Source: Octopus sinensis (taxonomy: Eukaryota). From it: a stretch of 64,000 nucleotides of DNA. Positions 26,978 through 39,210 of the stretch are shown here, in pieces. The stretch is from assembly GCF_006345805.1 (NCBI RefSeq), contig NC_043000.1:129270001-129334000 (forward strand), written 5' to 3'. Every line of letters starts with the position of its first letter. Positions within the stretch are counted from its first letter, which is position 1. Under the pieces are notes generated by a model. That model was not told the origin of the DNA. It did no database searches and worked only from the letters and a program-made list of their open reading frames with translations. A program made the position numbers and the translations under genes.

Positions 26978-28126
26978 TTTTATTAAAACAGAACAGAAAT
27001 AACGATATATATACTGTTGTGTCTGGGGAGAGTCATTTTCTTTTTGTGCCTTATTATGTAACACACTCACCGGTAAAATTTCGACATTTTTTTCTTATTT
27101 TTATTGTCCTAAAATTTTCGTTGCGTCTTGCAACCTATTTGAATAGTTTTGACTCTGTCCGTTATTTACACTGCGTTCCCTTTTGTTTGTTTGAGCAAAC
27201 CAAATCCCAAAACGAAATATATACTCACACACACGTGTGTGTGCATGTATTCACCTCTTCAGCGAAACACCTGCTTTTATTTCCTGCAGTACTATAACCA
27301 CTCATTTGAGAGGGTTTCTTGTGTTATGGATACTTAGTGACATCACCAGTGCTGGCATCACGGAAAACGTACACACTACATTCAGTGAAGTAGTTGGCGT
27401 TAGGAAAGGCATCCAGCTGCAGAAATTAGGCTAAAGCAGACATTAGAACTTGGTACAACCCTCTGCTCGTCAGTTCAAGTCGAACCACTCAGCCCATGCT
27501 AGCATGGAAAAACAGACGTTAAATGATGAGTCTCATACACACATACACATGCAAGTTTACATGAATGGATATACAGATACATGCATACTAACACACACAC
27601 ACATTCCCCACTCCCTACACACATATCAAGAATTCCATTCCCTTCAAGCCGTTCGTTTTCGGTTCACTACCGGAAGAAGCCTCAGTATGCTATTACCGAC
27701 TTACGTCTTTTAATATCCTCATAAATTTACATGTAATACATTGATACATACATACATACATACATACATGCATGCATGTATACATACATACATACATGCA
27801 TGTATACATACATACATGCATGTATACATACATACATGCATGTATACATACATACATACATACATGTATACATACATACATGCATGTATACATACATGCA
27901 TGTATACATACATACATACATACATAGAAACTTGTGTACGTACATACTACAAACTTGCGTACATACGTACTTAAGTGTATGTATACATATATAAACATGC
28001 ACGCACACACAAACATACACAGACATACACGCACACACAGACATACACACACCATTGTAACAACAGAAATCAAATCAGAAAAAGAATGTTTTTCCCCCGT
28101 CGATCATATTATTACTACCAACTTAC

Positions 28127-28314
28127 TTGATGGCATCCAAGGCATTAATAAAATATACGGCGTACACACATATAGCTATGTTTATTATCTTACAAGAATA
28201 GCGCAATTTGTTGATGTATTTTGACTTGTTTTCTCCGAAGGCCTTCTCGAAAGACAGTGAATCCAATCCGACAGTCAAATCATCAGGCACAGGAATAAGC
28301 GCTCTGTTCTCCAT
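28127..28314 (-). CDS. NOXRED1: NOXRED1-like, coding exon 1
   Basis: ATG at 28314; donor AA|GTAAGT at 28127/28126. Length 188 nt, phase 2, compatible with exon 2. DLTVGLDSLSFEKAF resembles the NOXRED1 N-terminal LESLQFE motif. Confidence 0.85.
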
Positions 28315-28383
28315 CTCTATCTAGTTGGTGATTACTTTTTTCCTTTTTCTTAATGCAACAACACACACCGACGATGCTGTTGT

Positions 28384-28433
28384 ATCGTCATGGCAACGAA
28401 CGATTGCGGTTAAACGCTGGCTGTCATAGCAAC
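28384..28433. promoter_or_regulatory. Two RFX X-box motifs upstream of NOXRED1
   Basis: ATCGTCATGGCAAC (28384-28397) and GCTGTCATAGCAAC (28420-28433) both fit RYYNYY-WW-RRNRAC. They lie 70-120 bp upstream of the ATG in unique CpG-rich sequence. Confidence 0.65.
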
Positions 28434-28950
28434 GTGCAAATATCACACGGACGAAGAACGAGTGGCGGCAATATGAACTCAAAGCAGAGCTGAATGGGGT
28501 TTCCTTTTGATTACTGTTAAGCCCCAATTCTGTCCTGGTTGAGCAAAACTACGATCAAAGCCGTTCCAGCTTTGATTTACGCAACTAATGCGAAGCCTCT
28601 ATGTTGTTGCTCGGCTCTGTATAAATAAATGGTTCTAGAATCTTCCTTAATTATACCCAACGTATAAATGTGAGGAAAAGATGTCTGGATGTTCGGTTTC
28701 CAGGGAGAAATAGAGTAATCAGAACTGGAATGGATGTGTGGTTAAGAACTTCGCTTTGTAACTGCTTCGTTTTGGGTTCAATCCCATTGCGTGGAACCTT
28801 AGATAAGGTGTATATGACCGCCCACTCGAAATTTGGTTGACGGAAGTTGGGTAAAAAAAACTTGCTGAAGAGGCCTTCTCTTTGAAGGTAGACATAATTT
28901 GTTGCCCAATAACAAAAAATAAAAAACAGCAAGTGGATCTTGGGTGCCTT

Positions 28951-29765
28951 TGGCGGGCGAGCTGGCGAAATGCGTAGCCGTATTTTGTCTGCTGTTACGT
29001 TCTGAGTTCAAATCCCGCCGAGGTCGACTTTGCCTTTCATCCTTTTGGGGTCGATAAATTAAGTACCAGTTACGCACTGGATCGATATAATCGACTTAAT
29101 CCGTTTGTCTGTCCTTGTTTGTCCTCTCTGTGTTTAGCCCCTTGTGGGCAGTAAAGAAATAGGTATTTCGTCTGCTATTACGTTCTGAATTCAAATTCCG
29201 CCGAGGTCGACTTTGCCTTTCATCGTTTCGGGGTCGATAAATTAAGTACTAGTTATGCACTGAGGTCGATGTAATCGACTTAATCCCTTTGTCTGTCCTT
29301 GTTTACCCCCTCTATTTTTAGCTCCTTGTGGATAATAAAGAAATAAGAAACGTTAGCACGCATGGCGAAATGCTTAACTATATTTCGTCTGTCTTTATAT
29401 TCTGAGTTCAAATTCCGCCGAGGTCGACTTTGCCTTTCATCCTTTCGGGGTCGATAAATTAAGTACCAATCGCGTACTGGAGTCGATATAATCGATTGGC
29501 CCCCCTTTCAAAAAATTTCGAGTCTTATGCCTAGAGTAGAAAAAAAATATTTTATATTTTAAGGCGGTGTGCTGGCAGAAACGTTAGCACGCTGGGAGAA
29601 AATGCTTAGCGGCTCTTCGTCCGTCATTACGTTCTGAGTTCACATCCTACCAGGATCGACTTTGCCTTTCATCCTTTCGGAGTTGATAAAATAAGTACCA
29701 GTTGAGCACTAGGGGTCGATGAAATCGATTTAGCCCCTCCCCTGAACTTGCTGGCCATGCCAAAA
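28951..29765 (+). mobile_element. Head-to-tail array of four SINE family B units with three different 3' tails
   Basis: The core gtcgactttgcctttcatc occurs at ~29025, ~29208, ~29425 and ~29655. Confidence 0.9.
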
Positions 29766-29788
29766 TTTGAAGCCAGTATCATTTATTA

Positions 29789-30159
29789 CTAGCAGTATCG
29801 CCCGGCGTTGCTCGGGTTTGTAAGGGAAATAACTATATAAGCATTTTTAGAGAGTTATAGCCAAAAAATGCATTAAAAATGGTAATTTTTTTTTAAATCG
29901 TTGACTCATCGTAGACATTTTTAGAGAGTTACTTCCCTTATATAATAGCGAAAAAATGCACTAAAATGGAAAAAATGATGGTAATTTTTTTTTTAAATCG
30001 TAGACTCATCGTAGACGCGCGCTAATACCCAGAAGGGCTCGATATGAATCACGACTATAAGATACCCGGTTTTGGTTAAACTACACCGCAAAATGTGGGA
30101 GTGGTTAGGAATCCAAATCGTAGGAGACAGACACACAACCTTACTTTTATATATAAAGA
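29789..30159 (-). mobile_element. Non-autonomous Helitron
   Basis: On the minus strand: 5'-TC start, subterminal CCCG..CGGG hairpin, CTAG 3' end, inserted between A and T with no TSD. Same family as 38191-38586. Confidence 0.88.
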
Positions 30160-30620
30160 TTTGTTGTCGTTTAGGCCATGTCAGGCCTTGATTGAGCAGA
30201 CCTATTATCAACCCATTCATCTCTCGGGCAGTATCTGTCTAGCACTACATGATTTAACACCCTTTCCTTTTCCAAATATTGGCATATAACTGAAAGATGA
30301 TTTGACTCCTTTCTACCAGGTCGTGCGATGACACACAGGGACCCTTGTCGGCGCGCATTTATCATTATCATTATCTTCGTTTAGCTACTTTCCATTTATT
30401 CCTTCACCCTATTCATTCGTTCCTCTTATCTGTTTTAACATCTATTTTTGTGGTTCCATTTCCCTTTATGAAAATCTGAAAAATTTTTTTTTTCTGTCCG
30501 TTGTTATCATAATTATCAACTATTGACTCTCGTTCTTCCTACGCATGAATATATAATTAATTCAGCATTGTCCTTAAATATATCTGCCTTTCCCCACTAT
30601 ATATAATATATATATATAAT

Positions 30621-30685
<65 letters not shown>

Positions 30686-31429
30686 ATGCTCGTGTGTGTG
30701 TGAGCGTGCACAAGCGCATGTATGTAGTTGTATTTACACGAACGATTTTCTTTTACCCTTCGCTTACTCAGTCGCGTACGTATTTTTTTAACCACTCACG
30801 CATTTCTTCCTCTTGCACATACACCCACATATATATATATATACACACTCTCTCTCTCTCTCTCGCTTGTTCGCTCATTTCACCTACTAATACCAACACT
30901 CATCTCACTCAGCTACTCTCTTTTATAGACATATTCAACCACCTACTCGTTCACTCACTCATCCGCCCATCTTTTCTCTCTTATTCACCCACTCACTCAT
31001 CAGTTTACCCTTTCACTCACTCAAGAATCCACCCGTCCACTCACGCTTCTACCTTTTAGTCACTCATCCGCCCACCTATATTTTCACTCACTCATCTGCC
31101 CACTTATAACATTTGAATAACAAGCTTTGACTTGTATCCAACCAATACTGTTTATATCAGGTTTGAGATAAATCATACTAACAATACTATAATCGTTGCC
31201 ATAGTTGTCGACTCAGTTATTCGACCCGCTAGAAATAACAGCCTAATCTTATCTTCCACAAACCACTCCTGCCGTCTGAGAAAAGCATATATTAGACAAT
31301 GTGGTGGCGGACTTTCGCAGTAGACATTACTACCTCACGGAGAAGGAAGATAGCAAGGAATTGAGTGTGATTTTCTTCATTTCTTTCTATACCTATGTTT
31401 CATGCAACGATAATTACAATTGTGAAATA

Positions 31430-31880
31430 GGATCTTTTCCTTTTGAACGGCACTTTATAACATAATTTCTAGGTATTTTTCGTAGCGGTGTCGTATGAAA
31501 TTGTCACCCATAATTATAACCCTAGTATCGATCTATTGCATTTCAATCTATTTTAGATTTAAGGTTAGAGTTAGGGTTAGGGGTGGGGGAAGGGTATCTT
31601 TTTTTTCTTCACAAATGTAAATAAACCCAATCTGTTTCTTAAACGAGGGACATATTCATTATGCACAGAATGTTATTTACGTCAATGGAGGTAATTGATT
31701 GGTTAAAATTGCCGAAATGCAAGAAATTTTAAACGAAATATGTTACAACCTATAGAATTTTCTCGATAAAGCCAAGAGAAAACGATGTTTTATAAACATA
31801 TTCTACCAGTATACGAAGTTTAAAACTTTTTAGTTACCTAGAAATTATGTTACAAAGTGCCGTTCAAAAGGAAAAGATCC
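31430..31880. mobile_element. 451-bp MITE with ~46-bp TIRs and 8-bp TSD (Merlin- or hAT-type signature)
   Basis: GGATCTTTTCCTTTTGAACGGCAC... and ...GTGCCGTTCAAAAGGAAAAGATCC. TSD GTGAAATA at 31422-31429 and 31881-31888. Confidence 0.88.
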
Positions 31881-32059
31881 GTGAAATAATTTTTTTTTAT
31901 CCAAAACATTCAATTTCTTTTTTAGATTTCTGCCCCTATCCCCAATTCCATGTCCTAAGACGGCATTGCGTAGTCGCCTTCGTTGAGTACCTCCACCAAT
32001 TTATTCTCAAATCACCTTCTTCTGTCTAAAAGACCAACTAGATTATGTTGTATTGCATA

Positions 32060-32345
32060 TTACACTCCGACAAGGGTTCCAGTTGATCCAATCAACGGAA
32101 CGGCCTGCTCGTGAAATTAACGTGCAAGTGTACCCTTAACGTAGTTCACAGGGAGTTTCAGCATGATACAGAATGTGACAAGGCTGGCCCTTTGAAATAC
32201 AGGTACTACTCATTTTTCTAGCTGAATGAATTGGAGAAATGTGATATAAAGCATCTTGCTCAAGGACACAACGCGTCGCCGGGAATTGAACTCACGACAT
32301 TACGATCGTGAGCCAAATTCTCTAACCACTAAGCCACGCGCCTTC
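32060..32345 (-). mobile_element. Chimeric SINE of the same type as 10026-10353
   Basis: C-type head joined to a D-type 3' half. Confidence 0.8.
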
Positions 32346-32483
32346 TTAGAAAAAGGTCTACCTACATTAATCCGTCCCTCTTGCGGTTTTGTTTCTTCAT
32401 AACTGCCAGAAAAGTGGATATTTTTTAATGAAATTTTGTACAAATACGCTTCAGATGGAGTAGATTCCGATTATATTACCATC

Positions 32484-32761
32484 TGTTACACATTCATATC
32501 TATGTGTTTGCGTATGCCAAACTACATCCCCAGTCTTGGCACTATTTTGTTAGTGAACAGTACAACTGTGTGTAAAGTATATAATGTATTACTACGCCGA
32601 ATGTCGTCGTCCGTGTAACATGAATAGAAATTAAACACGTAACAATAACAATGGTTTTCAATTGGTTGTCTTTCCCATTAGAACACAAACTACACATAAC
32701 ATGGTGGCAGCGGTGGGATGTAGTTTGGCATACGCAAACACATAGATATGAATGTGTAACA
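32484..32761. mobile_element. 278-bp MITE with perfect 47-bp TIRs, TGT...ACA ends and 5-bp TSD (Ginger-like)
   Basis: Arms 32484-32530 and 32715-32761. CCATC at 32479-32483 and 32762-32766. Confidence 0.85.
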
Positions 32762-32984
32762 CCATCTAATGGGAATAATTCTTTTCCGAAGGTGGGGTGA
32801 GGAGTTTCAAAATATTCACACGAGTCGATTTTGTTTCCTCATATCTTTTTAGAAAAATCGGTATTTTTAAATAAAATTCACAAATACCTTTCAGAGTGTG
32901 TAGATTACGATTAAATCAGAATTTAATACGAAAAAAAAAAATAATAATAATAAATTGGTGGAGTCGTACACACAATTTACTGGC

Positions 32985-33390
32985 ATACTCTTTACTCTTT
33001 TACTTGTTTCAGTCATTTGACTGCGGCCATGCTGGAGCACCGCCTTTAATCGAGCAACTCGACCCCGGGACTTATTCTTTTGTAAGCCCAGTACTTATTC
33101 TATCGGTCTCTTTTACCGAACCGCTAAGTAACGGGGACATAAACACACCAGCATCGGTTGTCAAGCAATGCTACGGGGACAAACACAGACGCACAAACAC
33201 AGACACGCATATATATATATACATATATACGACGGGCTTCTTTCCGTTTCCGTCTACCAAATCCACTCACAAGGCTTTGGTCGGCCCGAGACTATAGTAG
33301 AAGACACTTGCCTAAGGTGCCACGCAGTGGGACTGAACCCGGAACCATGTGGTTGGTAAACAAGCTACTTACCACACAGCCACTCCTGCG
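32985..33390 (-). mobile_element. SINE family A, CpG-intact copy
   Basis: Full-length reverse copy retaining CpGs. Confidence 0.88.
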
Positions 33391-34103
33391 CCTATACATT
33401 ACAATTTTTTTTGTCGAAAGTTCAGGTTTCATTTTGTATCAGTATGTGTACAAGCCCACCAATTTATTTATTTATTTATTTCATATTTCATATTAAATTC
33501 CGATATACTCGTCACCTACACACTCTAAAATATATTTGTAGAAAATTTCATCAAAAAGTTGCCTGTTTTTCTGAAAGTTATGAAGAAACAAAGCCAACTC
33601 GAGTAAATTTTCCGAAACTCCTTACCCTACCCTCGGGAAAAAAATTTTCACACCAAATTCCTGTATAATTGGAATCTACAATCGGAAGCTTTCATTAAAA
33701 AAGTTGAAGATTTCGTTAAAAAAATATCCATTTTTCTGGAACTTTTTACGGACTGCGACCATGCTGGAGCATCGCCTTGGTAGGTTTAACCGAACAAATT
33801 AACCTCGGTCTGGAACTTGTATTATCGGTTCTTTTGCCGAGCTGCTTAGTTACAGGAACGAAAACAAACCAACACCGGATGTCAAGTGGTGTGAGGATAA
33901 ACACAATGACACACATATACAAACTGACATAAGTATGTGTGTCATTGTTCAGTTTTATTTCAAGATTTCTTGCCTAGAGAGAAAGAACCGGTTTCTAACC
34001 TAGATCCAAGGCTCCTCCATTGGAATTGCAACATCAACAACAGGGTATTTTTGCATGTATGTATGTATGTATGTATGTATGTATGTATGTATGTATGTAT
34101 GTA

Positions 34104-34136
<33 letters not shown>

Positions 34137-34282
34137 ATGTATGTATGTGTGTGTGTATGTATGTGTGTATGTATGTATGTAAAGTTAATCCAAATATGAA
34201 AACACAAAGAGAAAACACAACGCGAGGACGTGGAACAGGTATAGTGTTATTGGACGCTCAAGAAAGGAAAGAAAGAAGGAGA

Positions 34283-34320
34283 ATTTAACGTTTCGAGCGG
34301 AGCTCTTCGTCAGAAACATT
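34283..34320 (-). ncRNA. Minimal type I hammerhead-like motif within a Penelope-like repeat (~34180-34395)
   Basis: Minus strand reads aatgTTT-CTGACGA-A-GAGC tcc GCTC-GAAA-CG-T-T-AAAtt. Confidence 0.65.
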
Positions 34321-34399
34321 GGAAAAGGAAAGATCCAAGGAAGGGAAGATGGAGGAAAAAAAATCGCCAACGATACACACGCGGTCACATTTTGTTTTA

Positions 34400-34680
34400 T
34401 GTATGTCTTCTCATGCATATAGTTGCACATCTAGACTTGCTCATATATATTTAAATTATAAACCTTTAGAAAGTTCTACAGTTCTGGAAATTTTTCCAGT
34501 TCCAGTGGTGGATTGGATCTGGAGTCTTCGAATTAGCTTTCTCCTTTTTGGTTTTGAGAAGCCTAATTTCTCAAGATTGGTATTTAGGCAGTGTGTTACA
34601 TATCCCAGAGCCCCAGTAATTACAGGAATAAACCTGAGCTTGTAATCTGGGTAGAGTAAACTGCGCAATGGGACTGCACC
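34400..34680 (-). mobile_element. 3' end of a further REL-type LINE
   Basis: ORF 34456-34668 (YPDYKLRFIPVITGALGYVT..LQIQSTTGT) parallels the IPVIVGALG...LQK..LLGT ending of the fragments at 1-3630. Confidence 0.7.
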
Positions 34681-34828
34681 CGAAACTAAGTGGTCACAAA
34701 GGGAGTTTCTTCACCACGGAGTCATTCCTGCGGTTAATATATAAAACAAAGGTCTTATAATTTTCTAAACGGTGAATGCCATTTCCTTTTTATAAAAGAC
34801 ACATTTATTAAAATTTATGAAAAAAAAA

Positions 34829-35195
34829 GGCGATCTTTCGTCTCTAGTAGACCTTTCCGTCGATTTCCGTAAAAAAATTTTTTTTTTCACATATGGGCTT
34901 GCGGGAACTTTTGAAGTAATGAGAGCGAAAGAGACTAAGAGAAAGTGATTGTATGACGAGGGAAGTTCTTTTGAAGTTACCGTGCATGGGAAGCATTGAT
35001 GTACATGTGTGTGTGTGTGTGTGTTTGATAGGGTGTGCACGGTAACTTCAAAAGAACTTCCCTCGTCATACAATCGCTTTCTCTTAGTCTCTTTCCCTCT
35101 CATTACTTCAAAAGTTCCCGCAAGCCCATATGTAAAAAAAAAAAAAAAATTTTACGGAAATCGACGGAAAGGTCTACTAGAGACGAAAGATCGCC
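34829..35195. repeat. Foldback element with ~158-bp near-perfect inverted arms and ~50-bp spacer
   Basis: GGCGATCTTTCGTCTCTAGTAGACC...CCGTGCA and TGCACGG...GGTCTACTAGAGACGAAAGATCGCC. Confidence 0.9.
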
Positions 35196-35884
35196 CAAAA
35201 AAACAACAAAACTAAACCACCATAACTGACGGACCAGCATATTTTAACGGAGCTCATTTTACGGAGAAACACTAGACAGTAACGAGATGTATTATTACTA
35301 TGGAAATGATGATAGTATAATTTATATTCTGACTATTTCCAACTGTATTGTCACTAAACGATTCTCTATTTACTCCTCTTCCTCCTCCTCCGTTCCAGAG
35401 CATTCAACATCTCCCCCCCCCCACGCCCCCTTCCTTCACTCACCATCATTCTCCTGTTGCAATTTCATGTCTGTCTGTGTTTACGAAAAGTATTATTAAG
35501 CTATTTCTTCTACATCATAATTAGCGTAAGTTTCCGGAATATGAATTCATTTCTCGTTCTGTCATTACCCCCATAACCACTTCTCCCTCCACACACACAC
35601 ACCACACACACACACACAACACACACACACACACAATGTGTACGCACATACACACATGCGTGGAGAGAAATCAAAAGACAGGTTTAGACATTTCAGATTT
35701 CGATTTGAAATGTTACCATGGAGATATTCGGTACATATTTATGTCATAGACACAGTGCTCAATACACTAAAGTAGAGCTGTGTTTTGTATATAATACGTG
35801 CATATGTGTGTATGTTTGTATACATACATACATGCATGCATACATACATACATACATACATACATACATACATACATACATACA

Positions 35885-35916
<32 letters not shown>

Positions 35917-36054
35917 CACAGGCGTACGTATTCAGTTGTATGCCTTGATGCAATATACTCTACCAGATATTCCGATTGAATTTCCAGATTAACATTCCAC
36001 TCCTGTTCCCAAATTGCGTTATAACCGTATTATATACATGCATGCATAAATACA

Positions 36055-36475
36055 TACTCTTTACTCTCTTTTACCCTTTTACTTGTTTCAGTCATTTGAC
36101 TGCGGCCATGCTGGAGCACCGCCTTTAGTCGATCGAGCAAATCGACCCCAGGACTTATTCTTTGTAAGCTTAGTACTTATTCTATCGGGCTCTTTTTGCC
36201 GAACCGCTAAGTTACGGGGACGTAAACACACCACCATCGGTTGTCAAGCGATGTTGGGGGGGGGGGGGACAAACACACACACACACACACACACATGCAT
36301 ATATATATACATATATACGACGGGCCTCTTTCAGTTTCCGTCTATCAAATCCTCTCACAAGGCTTTGGTCGATCCGAGGCTATAGTACAAGACACTTACC
36401 CAAGGTGCCATGCAGTGGGACTGAACCCGGAACCATGTGGTTCGTAAGCATGCTACTTACCACACAGCCACTCCT
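36055..36475 (-). mobile_element. SINE family A
   Basis: Full-length reverse copy. Confidence 0.88.
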
Positions 36476-36685
36476 ACATACATACATACATACATACATA
36501 CATACATACATACATACATACATACATACATACATACATGCATGCATGCATATTACTGGAGCGACAGAATGCATATCAACACGTCTGGAGTAAAGTATGT
36601 CTGAAATTGGGATCTTGGGAAAAGAATGCAAATCCTTCATTCGTATGCTACAAATGATCACCTTATCAGGGACTATAAAAATCTG

Positions 36686-37103
36686 TAGGTAGTGGGTAGC
36701 GATTTTCTTCACTACTTCAGGGAGTGACGACCCTGCCTGACACGAGTCCCAGGCTCAGCTGGCTCCGGCTGACAGTACCCGGTATGGGCCCCTTTCCAGG
36801 GTTACGGAAAGGAGACAACCTTCAAAGAAATCCGGAGTGGAGCCCCGTAGGCGGTTTAGTGTTCGACTCAACACTCTTCCGGCAGCTCCTGCAACCAAGC
36901 TGGTGCCAAACGTAATGCTTTGCACTCCTTTGGACTATGTCAGCAAGGTCGAGAGAGGAATCCTGACGATTGGACTACCCAGAATTTTCTTACATCTGGC
37001 CCAGGCCTGTGCAAAACTGGAGAGGACGTGAAATGTAAAAACCAGACTAGATTAGTTTATGCGCAACTCCATTGTCTCCCGAGACAAAAGGATGCCAACA
37101 ACA
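36686..37103 (+). mobile_element. 418-bp headless retroposon resembling an RTE 5' UTR joined to a short (CAA)n-ending tail
   Basis: 11-bp TSD ATAAAAATCTG at 36675-36685 and 37104-37114. It interrupts an older repeat that is uninterrupted at ~26020-26180. Confidence 0.7.
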
Positions 37104-38190
37104 ATAAAAATCTGCAAGATCTTCTTAAGATTTAAAGGGTGATGATTAAAACAAGATAGTTTCCATTGCCACCTTGCTACGAAGTTGGTGGCAGGTCAAA
37201 ATTTACTCTTAATCAATAAGAGCTGGAGAAGAATGCATGCATGAATGCATACATACATACATACATACAAACATACATACATACATACATACATACATAC
37301 ATACATACATACATACATACATGTATACATGCATAAGTGTGTGTGCACGCGTGCACATTTGTGTTGGTGTGATTGTAGGCTGGTCGTCGATATCGACAAT
37401 CAGCCTAGTTCTTGTATAAAACGTGAATCACTTTCTTCTGCAGGTTCCAGTCCAGAACTGTTGTGATCCAGCTGTGGGTTCAATACTCAGTCTAGTGTCT
37501 CGAAGGTTCTATTTAGGAGATATATCCATAAAAAGGACGACCCTTTAGTATTAAAAAATAGACTTCTGAAAACAAATTTCCAAAATGCCTATATCCGTTT
37601 TCCTGGTGGTCAAGAAGATACTGCAACAATTAAAGAATTAGCCCCCCCCTCAGGAGATACCTCAGATTAGGTTGAAGCTAGGCTGACAAGAATGCTTCAA
37701 TTGAAAGTACGAATATTTCTCAAAATCGCTCTGACATACCCACTCTGAATCCTTATGATGCACTCACAGAGTAACCTGACCAAACACTACAAACTAATGA
37801 ACCATCCACAGAATTTGTGCTCCGTCGTTCTACCTGCATTAAAAGATCGATTGCGAGATACATCACACTTGAATACTTTGTATTATAGGATTCCACTAAA
37901 AGCAGTGGCTTAGAAGCTCGCCAGGATATTAGGAAATGTCTTAATGGGTCGCCGTATGCTCGGCGCCTCTCTGAATGTTAAAGGTTGGTATACGTGTTCG
38001 CTTCGAAAAAAAGCTCTATTTTTCAATTTCTCATACTTATTGAATTGTTCTATAATTTCTAACGATCGTATTTATGTTTTTCTTATTTACGTGATTGGTT
38101 GTAGTCTTTATATGATAATTATATTTAAACATATTGTAATTTCGTTTTCGGTTCTGAAAAGTAAGCTATTCTAAATTGTATGTATCATAA

Positions 38191-38586
38191 TCTTTATATA
38201 TAAAAGTGAAGTTTGTCTGTCTCCTACGATATAGATTCCTAACTACTCCCACATTTTGCGGTGCAGTTTAACCAAAACCGGGTATCTTATAGTCGTGATT
38301 CATATCGAGCCCTTCTGGGTATTAGCGCGCGTCTACGATGAGTCTACGATTAAAAAAAAAAATTTACCATCACTTTTTTCCATTTTAATGCATTTTTTCG
38401 CTATTATATAAGGGAAATAACTCTCTAAAAATGTCTACGATGAGTCAACGATTTAAAAAAAAAATTACCATAATTCTTTTTCCATTTCTAATGCATTTTT
38501 TTGCTATTTTTTGGCTATAACTCTCTAAAAATGCTTATATAGTTATTTCCCTTACAAACCCGAGCAACGCCGGGCGATACTGCTAG
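38191..38586 (+). mobile_element. Non-autonomous Helitron
   Basis: A|TCTTTATATATAAAAG start, CCCGAGCAACGCCGGG hairpin, CTAG|T end. Confidence 0.9.
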
Positions 38587-38874
38587 TTTAAAATAAATAG
38601 CATAATCATAAAAAGTAACAAATAGCAACCAATATACAGCGAAGGTAGGCCGATTACTGTAGTAACATGTAAATCATGACACTATCATGACTTATGTAAT
38701 CTAATTGTTATAACTTAAAGCTGTTAAGTAGTTATTTAATGATTTATTGCTGCCATATAATACGCGCAAAGTACCAGAAAGTGAGAGGTGTGTATATAGT
38801 AAGTATCTGTTAGTAATATACTCATACCACGAGTATCATGTACGTCGTATTATTGTACATATTGTACAGCTGTG

Positions 38875-39210
38875 AAGGCGCATGGCTCAGTGGTTAGAAC
38901 GTCGAGCTTACGGTCGTGAGGTTGTGATCTCGAATCCCGGACCGGGCTGCGTGTTGTGTTCTTGAGCAAGACATTTTATTTCATATTGCTTCAGTTCACT
39001 CAGCTGTAGAAATGAGTTGCGATGTCACAGGTGCCAAGCTGTATCGGTCCCTTTGCCTTACCCTCGGATAACACTGGTGGCGTGGAGAGGGGAGGCCGGT
39101 ATGCATGTGCAACTGCTGGTCTTCCATAAACAACCTTGCCCGGACTTGTGCCTGGGAGGGTAACTCTCTAGGTGCAATCCCATGGTGTGTGTCGTGACCT
39201 AAGGGGGTCT
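38875..39210 (+). mobile_element. tRNA-derived SINE with an RTE-5'-like (Ceph-type) body
   Basis: A and B boxes (TGGCTCAGTGG; CTCGAATCC). The body ggtgccaag..ggagagggg..gcccggacttgtgc aligns by eye with 36900-37025. Confidence 0.7.

Noticed and set aside
31560-31590. TTAGGG-like repeats
   Set aside because: Only two perfect units, inside a MITE; not an interstitial telomere.
36745-36805. gtcccaggctcagctggctccggctg..tgggcc resembles the HDV ribozyme at an RTE-like 5' end
   Set aside because: P3 does not pair, there is no upstream P1 partner and no J4/2 with catalytic C was found by hand. An HDV descriptor search would settle it.
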